Part shown: positions 22,675 through 36,600 of the stretch, one piece after another
How positions within the stretch are numbered: the first letter of the stretch is position 1
How the letters are laid out: each line of letters opens with the position of its first letter
Origin: Macrostomum hystrix
Taxonomy: Eukaryota > Animalia > Platyhelminthes
DNA: 64,000 bases
Direction of reading: 5' to 3'
Assembly (NCBI GenBank): GCA_950097015.1
Contig: CATNEN010000012.1
Coordinates: 1,674,001 to 1,738,000, forward strand
Program-made: the position numbers and the translations under genes
Notes under the pieces: generated by a model
Told to the model about the DNA's origin: nothing
What the model saw: only the letters and a program-made list of their open reading frames with translations
The model's database searches: none

Positions 22675-24860
22675 ACCCAATGGTTCTGCTGTGTCTATGA
22701 CCCAATGGTTCTGCTGTGTCTATGACCCAATGGTTCTGCTGTGTCTATGACCCAATGGTTCTGCTGTGTCTATGACCCAATGGTTCTGCAGTTTCTATGA
22801 CCCAATGGTTCTGCTGTGTCTATGACCCAATGGTTCTGCTGTGTCTATGACCCAATGGTTCTGCTGTGTCTATGACCCAATGAATCTGCTGTGTCTATGA
22901 CCCAATGGTTCTGCTGTGTCTATGACCCAATGGTTCTGCTGTGTTTATGACCCAATGGTTCTGCAGTGTCTATGACCCAATGGTTCTGCTGTGTCTATGA
23001 CCCAATGGTTCTGCTGTGTTTATGACCCAATGGTTCTGCTGTGTCTATGACCCAATGGTTCTGCTGTGTCTATGACCCAATGGTTCTGCTGTGTCTATGA
23101 CCCAATGGTTCTGCAGTTTCTATGACCCAATGGTTCTGCTGTGTCTATGACCCAATGAATCTGCTGTGTCTATGACCCAATGGTTCTGCTGTGTCTATGA
23201 CCCAATGAATCTGCTGTGTCTATGACCCAATGGTTCTGCTGTGTCTATGACCCAATGGTTCTGCTGTGTTTATGACCCAATGGTTCTGCAGTGTCTATGA
23301 CCCAATGGTTCTGCTGTGTTTATGACCCAATGGTTCTGCTGTGTCTATGACCCAATGGTTCTGCTGTGTCTATGACCCAATGGTTCTGCTGTGTCTATGA
23401 CCCAATGGTTCTGCTGTGTCTATGACCCAATGGTTCTGCTGTGTCTATGACCCAATGGTTCTGCTGTGTCTATGACCCAATGGTTCTGCTGTGTCTATGA
23501 CCCAATGGTTCTGCTGTGTCTATGACCCAATGGTTCTGCTGTGTCTATGACCCAATGGTTCTGCTGTGTCTATGACCCAATGGTTCTGCTGTGTTTATGA
23601 CCCAATGGTTCTGCTGTGTCTATGACCCAATGGTTCTGCTGTGTCTATGACCCAATGGTTCTGCTGTGTCTATGACCCAATGGTTCTGCAGTTTCTATGA
23701 CCCAATGGTTCTGCTGTGTCTATGACCCAATGAATCTGCTGTGTCTATGACCCAATGGTTCTGCTGTGTCTATGACCCAATGAATCTGCTGTGTCTATGA
23801 CCCAATGGTTCTGCTGTGTCTATGACCCAATGGTTCTGCTGTGTTTATGACCCAATGGTTCTGCAGTGTCTATGACCCAATGGTTCTGCTGTGTTTATGA
23901 CCCAATGGTTCTGCTGTGTCTATGACCCAATGGTTCTGCTGTGTCTATGACCCAATGGTTCTGCTGTGTCTATGACCCAATGGTTCTGCTGTGTCTATGA
24001 CCCAATGGTTCTGCTGTGTCTATGACCCAATGGTTCTGCTGTGTCTATGACCCAATGGTTCTGCTGTGTCTATGACCCAATGGTTCTGCTGTGTCTATGA
24101 CCCAATGGTTCTGCTGTGTCTATGACCCAATGGTTCTGCTGTGTTTATGACCCAATGGTTCTGCTGTGTCTATGACCCAATGGTTCTGCTGTGTCTATGA
24201 CCCAATGGTTCTGCTGTGTCTATGACCCAATGGTTCTGCTGTGTCTATGACCCAATGGTTCTGCTGTGTCTATGACCCAATGGTTCTGCTGTGTCTATGA
24301 CCCAATGGTTCTGCTGTGTCTATGACCCAATGGTTCTGCTGTGTCTATGACCCAATGGTTCTGCTGTGTCTATGACCCAATGGTTCTGCTGTGTCTATGA
24401 ACCAATGGTTCAGCAGTGTCTATGACCCAATGGATCTGCAGTGTCTATGACCCAATGGATCTGCAGTGTCTATGACCCAATGGTTCTGCAGTGTCTATGA
24501 CCCAATGGATCTGCAGTGTCTATGACCCAATGGTTCTGCGGTGTCTATGAACCAATGGATCTGCAGTGTTTGTTCTGCAGTTCTGCACTACTTATTCTGC
24601 AGTGTCTATGACCCAATGAATCTGCAGTTTCTATGACCCAATGAATCTGCTGTGTCTATGAACCAATGGATCTGCTGTGTCTATGACCCAATCGATCTGC
24701 AGTGTCTATGACCCAATCGATCTGCAGTGTCTATGACCTAATCGATCTGCAGTGTCTATGACCCAATGGTTCTGCTGTGTCGATGACCCAATCGATCTGC
24801 AGTGTCTATGACCCAATGAATCTGCAGTGTCTATGACCCAATGGGTCTACAGTGTCTATG
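22675..24860. repeat. 25-bp minisatellite (CTATGACCCAATGGTTCTGCTGTGT), ~85 copies
   Basis: Homogeneous core, diverged right end. Variant pattern recurs at 575-bp spacing (e.g. TGAATCTG near 23156/23731 and 23206/23781). Confidence 0.98.
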
Positions 24861-26191
24861 ACCAAAGGAATCTTCAATGACAGGTCCCAGACTGAGGTTA
24901 CTTTGGCATCGTAAGTAAGTATGCTGTTTTCGCGGTGCCCCAAGTTTGGTTGCAGTACAATGATGAGTTATTCGGCTAATTTGCTGGCAATATTTTCTCA
25001 CAGAAGTCTCAGCTACACTGAGTCTGTTCATTGTTAGCAATTGATCTATCTGTCTCTTGTAATTGGCTGGGTGTTAGCGGCGGCAGTGGCGGTGAGGCAC
25101 CCCTCTAATTACACGCTCTTTGACAAGCTCGGGCCAATTATGCATACACGAGACAAACGGCTTGAATCAAGTGCGCAGCAAATACCCCGCTCCCCGGTGA
25201 CAGCACACAGCTAGCCCAGGTATTATGGTATAATTTGAAAAGATCTCAAATTAACAGACAGCCTTCTAATTTAGATTAAAGCCTTGGCTTGTCAAACCTT
25301 GTCCGCTGATGGGGCTGCATGTTGATTGCGTGTGTTTTTGACGTGCAAATCTCGGAGAGATACACTGACGTGTCCAGCGCCCACCCCAGACCAACTAATT
25401 ACAGGTCACTAAACAAACTCAACAAGGGCCAATTAACTGTAACAATGGGAGCCCAAGCAGAGGGTTGGCGGGGCACTGGTAGGGGGCGGGAGTGATGAGG
25501 GCCGATTGCAGCACAATCTCATGGCACCGCGGTGTCTGAGCACAGATTTGTCTGAGTCCTCAGATTGTCTGCTACAGCTTTTTTGCCTGCTTATTCTTCA
25601 TTCTTTGATTAATTTGCCGCTCTCAGGCCGCGGGCAAAGATCTCATCTTCATCATTAAAGTATAAATGTAGCAAAGATTTAATTTGTTTAACACTGTCAG
25701 ACACGTCAGACCCAAGTTTTGCATTTTTGGTTGATAGTAGAAATTAAGCGAAACAAAATGAATTTGAAAACGTGAACAAAGCAGTTTTATTTCTGTATCA
25801 GTGCTGTACAATTGTTATAATAATTTACACTATAATATTCTACTACTCAAATTTACAGCAATCATTGGTTAGGTTGCAAGTCCAAGGCAAACAGTATGCA
25901 AATACAACAACAAGAATGACCGAGAAACACAAAGTTCTCTAAAGCTTCGGAATTGGAATTGTACATAGCGAGAATCAGGTGAAGATTGTTTGCTTAAATT
26001 TGGCGCCAATATTATTTTTCCGGTGTTACTATACGTAGCGCATTATTTTTGTTATTTTGTAGCGATTAAATTACAATTGTGTACTTCTGGGCTGCATTCT
26101 CTGCTATTGAATTGGCTTGGAAATGGTCGGCAGTTAACAAAGTTAATTAATTAATTAATCTAGAAAAAATCGAATAAGTTAATGTAGCTGT

Positions 26192-29100
26192 TCAGCTCCA
26201 AGAGGTTGGCGTGTTATTCACTGTTGTACGGAACAGAGGATGCAGTGCTTGGGCCGCCCACAATAGCTGCTCCGGTAGGATTAGGGGCGGCTGCCTCAGC
26301 ACCTGCTGATGCTGTTGCTGCTGCTGAGGATGAAGCTGGGGATGCCACCCGGCTGCTGCTGCTGCTGCTGCTGCCGCTGCCGCTGCCGCGGTCATCGCTG
26401 CAGACGGCTGTCCGTGCCGTTGCTGCTTCTCTCTTTTGCGCCATTTGGCTCGGCGGTTCTGGAACCACACCTGCAGGGCGGGAGCGAGTAACGGAGTTGC
26501 TTAGAGCAGCGTTTGAATTGATTCAGTATACCAGTTTCTCCGCTAGCCCTATTCTGCCTTGGAATTCCGCCTCGGTTCAAAAAATTACTGAGGATTCGAT
26601 ATGGGGATAACTTTAAAAAAACTGTTGATTTACGAGTGGGAAAATGGGTAATTTCAACAAGTGGCATTCGTTTAGTTTGTGTGAATGTCGGATTTTAGAG
26701 GATCGGGATTTTAGAGAATTGGGATTTTAGAGAATTGGGATTTTAGAGAATTGGGATTTTAGAGAATTTGGATTTTACAGAATTGGAATTTTTGAGAATA
26801 GGGATTTTAGAGTATTATGATTTTTTAGAATAGGGATATTCGAGATTTTTGGGATTTTAAAGAATTGGGATTATTAGAGAAAATAAGGAATTTCAGGTAA
26901 ATATTGATTTTGGGAAACGTTGAATTTGGAGAACTGGGTTTAGAATAATAGTGATTGAAAGAATGCAAATTTCAGAAAAGAAAGATGCGAGCTATTTCTT
27001 ACAAATGAACAATCAGAAATCTGTTCAGCGGCCCAGTCATTGAGCCCGTCACAATTAATTTGACAGCCCATTTATGCCGTCAGTTAAATTTCAAATCGAA
27101 ATAAGGCCAGATCAATTACGGCATTTAAAAGAATTCATTTTTTGTGACACTAATTAGTAGAGAAAAATTTGATTCTTTAAAAAAACACACAAACATGGCT
27201 AAATCCAGTTCGCCCTAAGCCTAATTACAAAAAAATCATTTTTACTTGTTTTAACACTTCGCTTGGCTTAACGCTATTGATCGGAGCTTTGGGGAGATCC
27301 AGAATAACTTTGCCTAATTATCCATTTAACGACAGAATTGAATGTCACAGTGCGGACAATCATTAATTAAGCCTTTAGAAAATATATAGATAGAAAAAAA
27401 TATAGGACGAAACACACACACACACACACCCACCTGGTTCCAAATAGGCAGGTGGTTGGTAACTAGCCCACTAACTCAGTTTTAACTCAGCTCATTGGTG
27501 TTACACGGCTGAGTTCACATCTACCCAATTAAACTCTCGTGATGACGGTGTCTCACACACTGCTCACCACACTGCTCACAGGTCTCAGTCTGGCTGCCTT
27601 TTAATGTGCCTCCAATTTGCTCACTCACCTTGAATTAAATCAGACCTGCCTGCTCGCATACTCACAAATTTCTTATTTGAGTCGCTTACTAAAGCCATTG
27701 TTCGAAATTTGATCATTTGGAATTTATCCCTTCGAGTTGAGTTGAATTTATTAAGCTTATTGGAACAAATGCTTCGTTTGTAGAATGTTGAGAATTAGAA
27801 AATTATCAATTTGGCAGTCCTGGAGTTTCATCAACTGTAAACACAATGGAATATCAAATAATGTGGCTTACAGAATTTTTCATCGGTCTTGAATGTTGAA
27901 AAGTAATCTAATTTAGACTAAGACATTAAAAAGGGGGATGAGAGACGATAGAGAGATGAGGGATGAGGGAGAAATGGTAGAGAGATAAGAGATAGGAGAC
28001 GGGAGATGGAAAAAAGATGGGAGAGAGATAGGGAGAGATGAGAGATGAGAGAGAAATTAAAAAAGGAAAGACATAAGAGATAAGACATAAGAGATGAGAG
28101 ATAAGAGATAAGAGATAAGAGACGAGAGATGAGGGAAAGATAAGAGATAAGAGATGAGAGATGGGAGAGAGATAGGGAGAGATGAGAGATGAGATATGGG
28201 AGACAGATAGGGGATAGATAGGGAGTGATGACAGACATAGGTAGTGATAAAGCCAGCCAAAAATCATTCAGCCTAACTGCGGCCTCATCAAAGGCCCCTG
28301 GCCTCACCTGGACTCTCGCCTCGCTGAGCTGCAGCCGCTGCGCCAGGTCCTCCCTAGCGAACACGTCCGGATACTGAGTCTTCTCGAACGCTTGCTCGAG
28401 CTGGTGCAACTGGTAGGTGGTGAAAGTGGTGCGAGATCTGCGAATCTTGCGAGCCGCAGCCGCAGCCGCAGCAGTTGAATCTGACGGTGACGTTTCGACG
28501 TCTTGTACTTCAGCGTCGAAGGATGCGTCATCCGACTCTTTGATGCCGGATTCTGGGAAATGGGGGTAAAATGAAAATTGATTTTCAAATATGTATGTTA
28601 GTGTAATAAGATACAGGTAGGTGAAGATCGATCGATAAAAGAGTGGTAAATAGAGGATGGCTAGATTGTTAGTCGAGAAATAGATTGGCGTTGTAGAGAC
28701 GCAGATGAGTTAATAAGGTAAATTGACGAGAAGTAGATAGGTTACACGAGAGGTAAATGGGTAGATACTTAGACGTAAGGTAGATGTGTAGAAGAGAGCT
28801 AGACAGATTGAAGAGAGGTAGATAGATTGAAGAGAGCTAGACAGATTGAAGAGAGGTAGATAGATTAGAGAGAGGTAGATAGATTGAAGAGAAGTAGATA
28901 GATTGAAGAGAGGTAGATAGATTGAAGAGAGGTAGATAGATTAGAGAGAGGTAGATAGATTGAAGAGAAGTAGATAGATTAGAGAGAGGTAGATAGATTG
29001 AAGAGAGGTAGATAGATTAGAGAGAGGTAGATAGATTGAAGAGAGGTAGATAGATTGAAGAGAAGTAGATAGATTAGAGAGAGGTAGATAGATTGAAGAG

Positions 29101-29738
29101 AAGTAGATAGATTAGAGAGAGGTAGATAGATTGAAGAGAGGTAGATAGATTGAAGAGAGCTAGACAGATTGAAGAGAGGTAGATAGATTGAAGAGAGGTA
29201 GATAGATTGAAGAGAAGTAGATAGATTAGAGAGAGGTAGATAGATTGAAGAGAGGTAGATAGATTGAAGAGATTTAGATAGATTGAAGAGAGGTAGATAG
29301 ATTGAAGAGAGGTAGATAGATTGAAGAGAGCTAGACAGATTGAAGAGAGGTAGATAGATTGAAGAGAAGTAGATAGATTAGAGAGAGGTAGATAGATTGA
29401 AGAGAGGTAGATAGATTGAAGAGAGGTAGATAGATTGAAGAGAGGTAGATCGATTGAAGAGAGGTAGATAGATTGAAGATAAGTATATGGGTAGAATATG
29501 TGGAAGATGTATAGATAAGTTGCCAGAGGATGAGAGTTAAATTTGGTGGGTTTGTAGAAGAAATATATTTGATGGGATGGGATCGAGTCGGGTTCAAGGC
29601 AATAGGGATATCACAGACTTCCTCAAGAGGCTCACCAGAATCCTTTCGCAGCCTCCGATCAGCCGCCGAGTCGAACTCAGCTGAACTCTTCAAGATGCCC
29701 TCAATCGAGAAGTTGGTCAACTTGCCGAAGGCTGTCAT
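26192..29738 (-). CDS. hbn: Homeobrain-like PRD-class (Q50) homeobox protein, 208 aa
   Basis: Exons 29636-29738, 28308-28552, 26192-26470 (phases 1, 0). N-terminal eh1/octapeptide FSIEGIL. Homeodomain [45 protein letters not shown]|[14 protein letters not shown] matches the homeobrain signature ([24 protein letters not shown]). Confidence 0.88.
26695..26880. repeat. 16-bp repeat (AGAATTGGGATTTTAG) in hbn intron 2
   Basis: Direct reading. Confidence 0.85.
27935..28225. repeat. GA-rich simple repeat (GAGATAA/GAGATGA) in hbn intron 2
   Basis: Direct reading. Confidence 0.85.
28790..29480. repeat. 19-bp minisatellite (AGATAGATTGAAGAGAGGT) in hbn intron 1
   Basis: Direct reading. Confidence 0.95.
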
Positions 29739-30649
29739 TGTGGACAGTGACAATTGATAGCTGGGATGGCCGATGCGCACTAGAGTTCGAGTTAATATTG
29801 CGGCCAGGTAAGTGGCAAAATATGCTGTGATTAATAGAGCTATTTGTTTGAGGACCCGGGCTATAAAACGAGCTATCCATCAAAAATGCCCACCACCCCA
29901 ACCCGTGTCTGGGGCTGCTCTCTCATTGGCTGGGCTGTGTCGGCAGTCGCCTGTCCCCACCCGCCACAGCTGTGCGTCAAAGCAATCAATTCGGTGCGGA
30001 GCCATTATCTGTCAATCTGGGCTGGGTCTGGGTAGGGGCGAGGCCAATTGCAGACTTAATGAGGCGTGATTTGAGATTTCAAAGCAGACCAATTAATTTG
30101 AGCACATTCTTTAATTGACAATTGAGCTGAAAAACTGAGCCCTCGGGGGGTGGGGAGTGGGGCGGTTGTTCAGGAAGCGATTTTGATAACCCCAGTTGGC
30201 ATTGAGCTGGGCACCCTAATGCCGGCTGTTGCGCAATGCGCCACTTTGAATGTTGCCAACCGAGACATGCGCTTATCAGTTGTCATTATTTGTGTCTTCA
30301 TGTTTGCAAAAATCCTACAAACAATGGCTGGCTAGTTTTGTGAAGGAATTATCGCGCATTATTTGGGGCCTATTGAAAATGATTCCCCCATTCTTTAAAG
30401 TCTCCAGTGCATGTGTTTTGGATTATGACCAACACGCGCTCAACATGTTTGTTTATTCCCAACCGATAAGCCTTTTATATTGGCCTCAATGTAAAAACAA
30501 GATATGCAATTCTGAGTGATATCAGACCACTTTAGATAGTTGCTAAGACTTTTAATGTTGGCTTCACATTGATTATGGGATAAAAACACTTTAGAACACC
30601 CATTCCAAATATTTATCGCCCTGCTCATAATTCTCTACACCAATCCATG

Positions 30650-33600
30650 ATCTCCTCTCTCCTTCTCCTTCTCTCAACTTGTCTACTCTCTCCTTGTCTT
30701 CTCTCTCCCTGTCTTCTCTCTCCCTGTCTTCTCTCTCCCTGTCTTCTCTCTCCCTGTCTCCTCTCTCCCTGTCTTCTCTCTCCCTGTCTTCTCTCTCCTT
30801 GTCTCCTCTCACCTACTCTCCTTGTCTCCTCTCTCCTACTCTCCTTGTCTACTCTCTCCTTGTCTCCTCTCTCCTTGTCTTCTCGCTCCCTGTCTTCTCT
30901 CTCCTTGTCTCCTCTCTCCTTGTCTCCTCTCTCCTTGTCTTCTCCTTGTCTTCTCCTTGTCTTCTCCTTGTCTTCTCTCTCCTTGTCTCCTCTCTCCTTG
31001 TCTCCTCTCTCCTTGTCTCCTCTCTCCTTGTCTCCTCTCTCCTTGTCTTCTCCTTGTCTTCTCCTTGTCTTCTCCTTGTCTTCTCATTGTCTCCTCTCTC
31101 CTTGTCTCCTCTCTCCTACTCTCCTTGTCTCCTCTCTCCCTGTCTCCTCTCTCCTTGTCTCCTCTCTCCTTGTCTCCTCTCTCCTTCTCCTTGTCTTCTC
31201 CTTGTCTTCTCTCTCCTTGTCTCCTACTCTCCTTGTCTCCTCTCTCCTTCTCTCCTTGTCTCCTCTCTCCTTGTCTCCTCTCACCTACTCTCCTTGTCTC
31301 CTCTCTCCTTCTCCTTGTCTTCTCCTTGTCTCCTCTCTCCTTGTCTCCTACTCTCATTGTCTCCTCTCTCCTTCTCTCCTTGTCTCCTCTCTCCTACTCT
31401 CCTTGTCTACTCTCTCCTACTCTCCTTGTCTACTCTCTCCTTGTCTCCTCTCTCCCTGTCTCCTCACTCCTTCTCCTTGTCTTCTCCTTGTCTTCTCTCT
31501 CCTTGTCTCCTCTCTCCTACTCTCCTTGTCTCCTCTCTCCTTGTCTCCTCTCTCCTACTCTCCTTGTCTCCTCTCTCCTACTCTCCTTGTCTCCTCTCTC
31601 CTTGTCTCCTCTCTCCTTCTCTCCTTGTCTCCTCTCTCCTTGTCTTCTCGCTCCCTGTCTCCTCTCTCCTTGTCTCCTCTCTCCTTGTCTCCTCTCTCCT
31701 TCTCTCCTTGTCTCCTCTCTCCTTGTCTCCTCTCTCCTACTCTCCTTGTCTACTCTCTCCTTGTCTCCTCTCTCCTTGTCTCCTCTCACCTACTCTCCTT
31801 GTCTCCTCTCTCCTTCTCCTTGTCTTCTCCTTGTCTCCTCTCTCCTACTCTCCTTGTCTCCTCTCTCCTTGTCTCCTCTCTCCTTCTCTCCTTGTCTCCT
31901 CTCTCCTTCTCTCCTTGTCTCCTCTCTCCTTGTCTCCTCTCTCCTACTCTCCTTGTCTTCTCTCTCCTTGTCTCCTCTCTCCTTGTCTCCTCTCTCCTTG
32001 TCTTCTCCTTGTCTTCTCCTTGTCTTCTCCTTGTCTTCTCTCTCCTTGTCTCCTCTCTCCTTGTCTCCTCTCTCCTTGTCTCCTCTCTCCTTGTCTCCTC
32101 TCTCCTTGTCTTCTCCTTGTCTTCTCATTGTCTCCTCTCTCCTTGTCTCCTCTCTCCTACTCTCCTTGTCTCCTCTCTCCCTGTCTCCTCTCTCCTTGTC
32201 TCCTCTCTCCTTGTCTCCTCTCTCCTTCTCCTTGTCTTCTCCTTGTCTTCTCTCTCCTTGTCTCCTACTCTCCTTGTCTCCTCTCTCCTTCTCTCCTTGT
32301 CTCCTCTCTCCTTGTCTCCTCTCACCTACTCTCCTTGTCTCCTCTCTCCTTCTCCTTGTCTTCTCCTTGTCGCCTCTCTCCTTGTCTCCTACTCTCCTTG
32401 TCTCCTCTCTCCTTCTCTCCTTGTCTCCTCTCTCCTACTCTCCTTGTCTACTCTCTCCTACTCTCCTTGTCTACTCTCTCCTTGTCTCCTCTCTCCCTGT
32501 CTCCTCACTCCTTCTCCTTGTCTTCTCCTTGTCTTCTCTCTCCTTGTCTCCTCTCTCCTACTCTCCTTGTCTCCTCTCTCCCTGTCTCCTCTCTCCTTGT
32601 CTCCTCTCTCCTTGTCTCCTCTCTCCTTCTCCTTGTCTTCTCCTTGTCTTCTCTCTCCTTGTCTCCTACTCTCCTTGTCTCCTCTCTCCTTCTCTCCTTG
32701 TCTCCTCTCTCCTTGTCTCCTCTCACCTACTCTCCTTGTCTCCTCTCACCTACTCTCCTTGTCTCCTCTCTCCTTCTCCTTGTCTTCTCCTTGTCTCCTC
32801 TCTCCTTGTCTCCTACTCTCCTTGTCTCCTCTCTCCTTCTCTCCTTGTCTCCTCTCTCCTACTCTCCTTGTCTACTCTCTCCTACTCTCCTTGTCTACTC
32901 TCTCCTTGTCTCCTCTCTCCCTGTCTCCTCACTCCTTCTCCTTGTCTTCTCCTTGTCTTCTCTCTCCTTGTCTCCTCTCTCCTACTCTCCTTGTCTCCTC
33001 TCTCCTTGTCTCCTCTCTCCTACTCTCCTTGTCTCCTCTCTCCTTGTCTCCTCTCTCCTTGTCTTCTCGCTCCCTGTCTCCTCTCTCCTTGTCTCCTCTC
33101 TCCTTGTCTTCTCGCTCCCTGTCTCCTCTCTCCTTGTCTCCTCTCTCCTTCTCTCCTTGTCTCCTCTCTCCTTGTCTCCTCTCTCCTACTCTCCTTGTCT
33201 CCTCTCTCCTTGTCTCCTCTCTCCTTCTCTCCTTGTCTCCTCTCTCCTTGTCTCCTCTCTCCTTCTCTCCTTGTCTCCTCTCTCCTTGTCTTCTCGCTCC
33301 TTGTCTTCTCCTTGTCTTCTCCTTGTCTTCTCCTTGTCTTCTCTCTCCTTGTCTCCTCTCTCCTTGTCTCCTCTCTCCTTGTCTCCTCTCTCCTACTCTC
33401 CCTGTCTCCTCACTCCTTCTCCTTGTCTTCTCCTTGTCTTCTCTCTCCTTGTCTCCTCTGTCCTACTCTCCTTGTCTCCTCTCTCCTTGTCTCCTCTCTC
33501 CTTGTCTCCTCTCTCCTTCTCTCCTTGTCTCCTCTCTCTTTGTCTTCTCGCTCCCTGTCTCCTCTCTCCTTGTCTCCTCTCTCCTTGTCTCCTCTCTCCT

Positions 33601-36600
33601 ACTCTCCTTGTCTCCTCTCTCCTTGTCTCCTCTCTCCTTGTCTTCTCGCTCCCTGTCTCCTCTCTCCTTGTCTCCTCTCTCCTTGTCTTCTCGCTCCCTG
33701 TCTCCTCTCTCCTTGTCTCCTCTCTCCTTGTCTTCTCGCTCCCTGTCTCCTCTCTCCTTGTCTCCTCTCTCCTTGTCTCCTCTCTCCTTCTCTCCTTGTC
33801 TCCTCTCTCCTTGTCTTCTCGCTCCCTGTCTTCTCTCTCCTTCTCTCCTTGTCTCCTCTCTCCTTGTCTTCTCGCTCCCTGTCTTCTCTCTCCTTGTCTG
33901 CTCTCTCCTTGTCTCCTCTCTCCTTCTCCTTGTCTTCTCCTTGTCTTCTCTCTCCTTGTCTCCTCTCTCCTTGTCTCCTCTCTCCTTGTCTTCTCGCTCC
34001 TTGTCTTCTCCTTGTCTTCTCTCTCCTTGTCTCCTCTCTCCTTGTCTCCTCTCTCCTACTCTCCTTGTCTCCTCTCTCCTTCTCTCCTTGTCTCCTCTCT
34101 CCTTGTCTCCTCTCTCCTACTCTCCTTGTCTACTCTCTCCTTGTCTCCTCTCTCCTTGTCTCCTCTCTCCTTGTCTCCTCTCTCCTACTCTCCTTGTCTC
34201 CTCTCTCCTTGTCTCCTCTCTCCTTCTCTCCTTGTCTCCTCTCTCCTTGTCTTCTCGCTCCCTGTCTCCTCTCTCCTTGTCTCCTCTCTCCTTGTCTCCT
34301 CTCTCCTTCTCTCCTTGTCTCCTCTCTCCTTGTCTTCTCGCTCCCTGTCTCCTCTCTCCTTGTCTCCTCTCTCCTTGTCTCCTCTCTCCTACTCTCCTTG
34401 TCTCCTCTCTCCTTGTCTCCTCTCTCCTTCTCTCCTTGTCTCCTCTCTCCTTGTCTCCTCTCTCCTTCTCTCCTTGTCTCCTCTCTCCTTGTCTTCTCGC
34501 TCCCTGTCTTCTCTCTCCTTGTCTCCTCTCTCCTTGTCTCCTCTCTCCTTCTCCTTGTCTTCTCCTTGTCTTCTCTCTCCTTGTCTCCTCTCTCCTTGTC
34601 TCCTCTCTCCTTGTCTTCTCGCTCCTTGTCTTCTCCTTGTCTTCTCCTTGTCTTCTCCTTGTCTTCTCTCTCCTTGTCTCCTCTCTCCTTGTCTCCTCTC
34701 TCCTACTCTCCTTGTCTCCTCTCTCCTTCTCTCCTTCTCTCCTCTCTCCTTGTCTCCTCTCTCCTACTCTCCTTGTCTACTCTCTCCTTGTCTCCTCTCT
34801 CCTTGTCTCCTCTCTCCTTCTCTCCTTGTCTCCTCTCTATTTGTCTTCTCGCTCCCTGTCTCCTCTCTCCTTGTCTCCTCTCTCCTTGTCTCCTCTCTCC
34901 TACTCTCCTTGTCTCCTCTCTCCTTGTCTCCTCTCTCCTTGTCTTCTCGCTCCCTGTCTCCTCTCTCCTTGTCTCCTCTCTCCTTGTCTTCTCGCTCCCT
35001 GTCTTCTCTCTCCTTGTCTCCTCTCTCCTTGTCTCCTCTCTCCTTCTCCTTGTCTTCTCCTTGTCTTCTCCTTGTCTTCTCTCTCCTTGTCTCCTCTCTC
35101 CTTGTCTCCTCTCTCCTTGTCTCCTCTCTCCTACTCTCCCTGTCTCCTCACTCCTTCTCCTTGTCTTCTCCTTGTCTTCTCTCTCCTTGTCTCCTCTGTC
35201 CTACTCTCCTTGTCTCCTCTCTCCTTGTCTCCTCTCTCCTTGTCTCCTCTCTCCTTCTCTCCTTGTCTCCTCTCTCTTTGTCTTCTCGCTCCCTGTCTCC
35301 TCTCTCCTTGTCTCCTCTCTCCTTGTCTCCTCTCTCCTACTCTCCTTGTCTCCTCTCTCCTTGTCTCCTCTCTCCTTGTCTTCTCGCTCCCTGTCTCCTC
35401 TCTCCTTGTCTCCTCTCTCCTTGTCTTCTCGCTCCCTGTCTCCTCTCTCCTTGTCTCCTCTCTCCTTGTCTTCTCGCTCCCTGTCTCCTCTCTCCTTGTC
35501 TCCTCTCTCCTTGTCTCCTCTCTCCTTCTCTCCTTGTCTCCTCTCTCCTTGTCTTCTCGCTCCCTGTCTTCTCTCTCCTTCTCTCCTTGTCTCCTCTCTC
35601 CTTGTCTTCTCGCTCCCTGTCTTCTCTCTCCTTGTCTGCTCTCTCCTTGTCTCCTCTCTCCTTCTCCTTGTCTTCTCCTTGTCTTCTCTCTCCTTGTCTC
35701 CTCTCTCCTTGTCTCCTCTCTCCTTGTCTTCTCGCTCCTTGTCTTCTCCTTGTCTTCTCTCTCCTTGTCTCCTCTCTCCTTGTCTCCTCTCTCCTACTCT
35801 CCTTGTCTCCTCTCTCCTTCTCTCCTTGTCTCCTCTCTCCTTGTCTCCTCTCTCCTACTCTCCTTGTCTACTCTCTCCTTGTCTCCTCTCTCCTTGTCTC
35901 CTCTCTCCTTGTCTCCTCTCTCCTACTCTCCTTGTCTCCTCTCTCCTTGTCTCCTCTCTCCTTCTCTCCTTGTCTCCTCTCTCCTTGTCTTCTCGCTCCC
36001 TGTCTCCTCTCTCCTTGTCTCCTCTCTCCTTGTCTCCTCTCTCCTTCTCTCCTTGTCTCCTCTCTCCTTGTCTTCTCGCTCCCTGTCTCCTCTCTCCTTG
36101 TCTCCTCTCTCCTTGTCTCCTCTCTCCTACTCTCCTTGTCTCCTCTCTCCTTGTCTCCTCTCTCCTTCTCTCCTTGTCTCCTCTCTCCTTGTCTCCTCTC
36201 TCCTTCTCTCCTTGTCTCCTCTCTCCTTGTCTTCTCGCTCCCTGTCTTCTCTCTCCTTGTCTCCTCTCTCCTTGTCTCCTCTCTCCTTCTCCTTGTCTTC
36301 TCCTTGTCTTCTCTCTCCTTGTCTCCTCTCTCCTTGTCTCCTCTCTCCTTGTCTTCTCGCTCCTTGTCTTCTCCTTGTCTTCTCCTTGTCTTCTCCTTGT
36401 CTTCTCTCTCCTTGTCTCCTCTCTCCTTGTCTCCTCTCTCCTACTCTCCTTGTCTCCTCTCTCCTTCTCTCCTTGTCTCCTCTCTCCTTGTCTCCTCTCT
36501 CCTACTCTCCTTGTCTACTCTCTCCTTGTCTCCTCTCTCCTTGTCTCCTCTCTCCTTCTCTCCTTGTCTCCTCTCTATTTGTCTTCTCGCTCCCTGTCTC

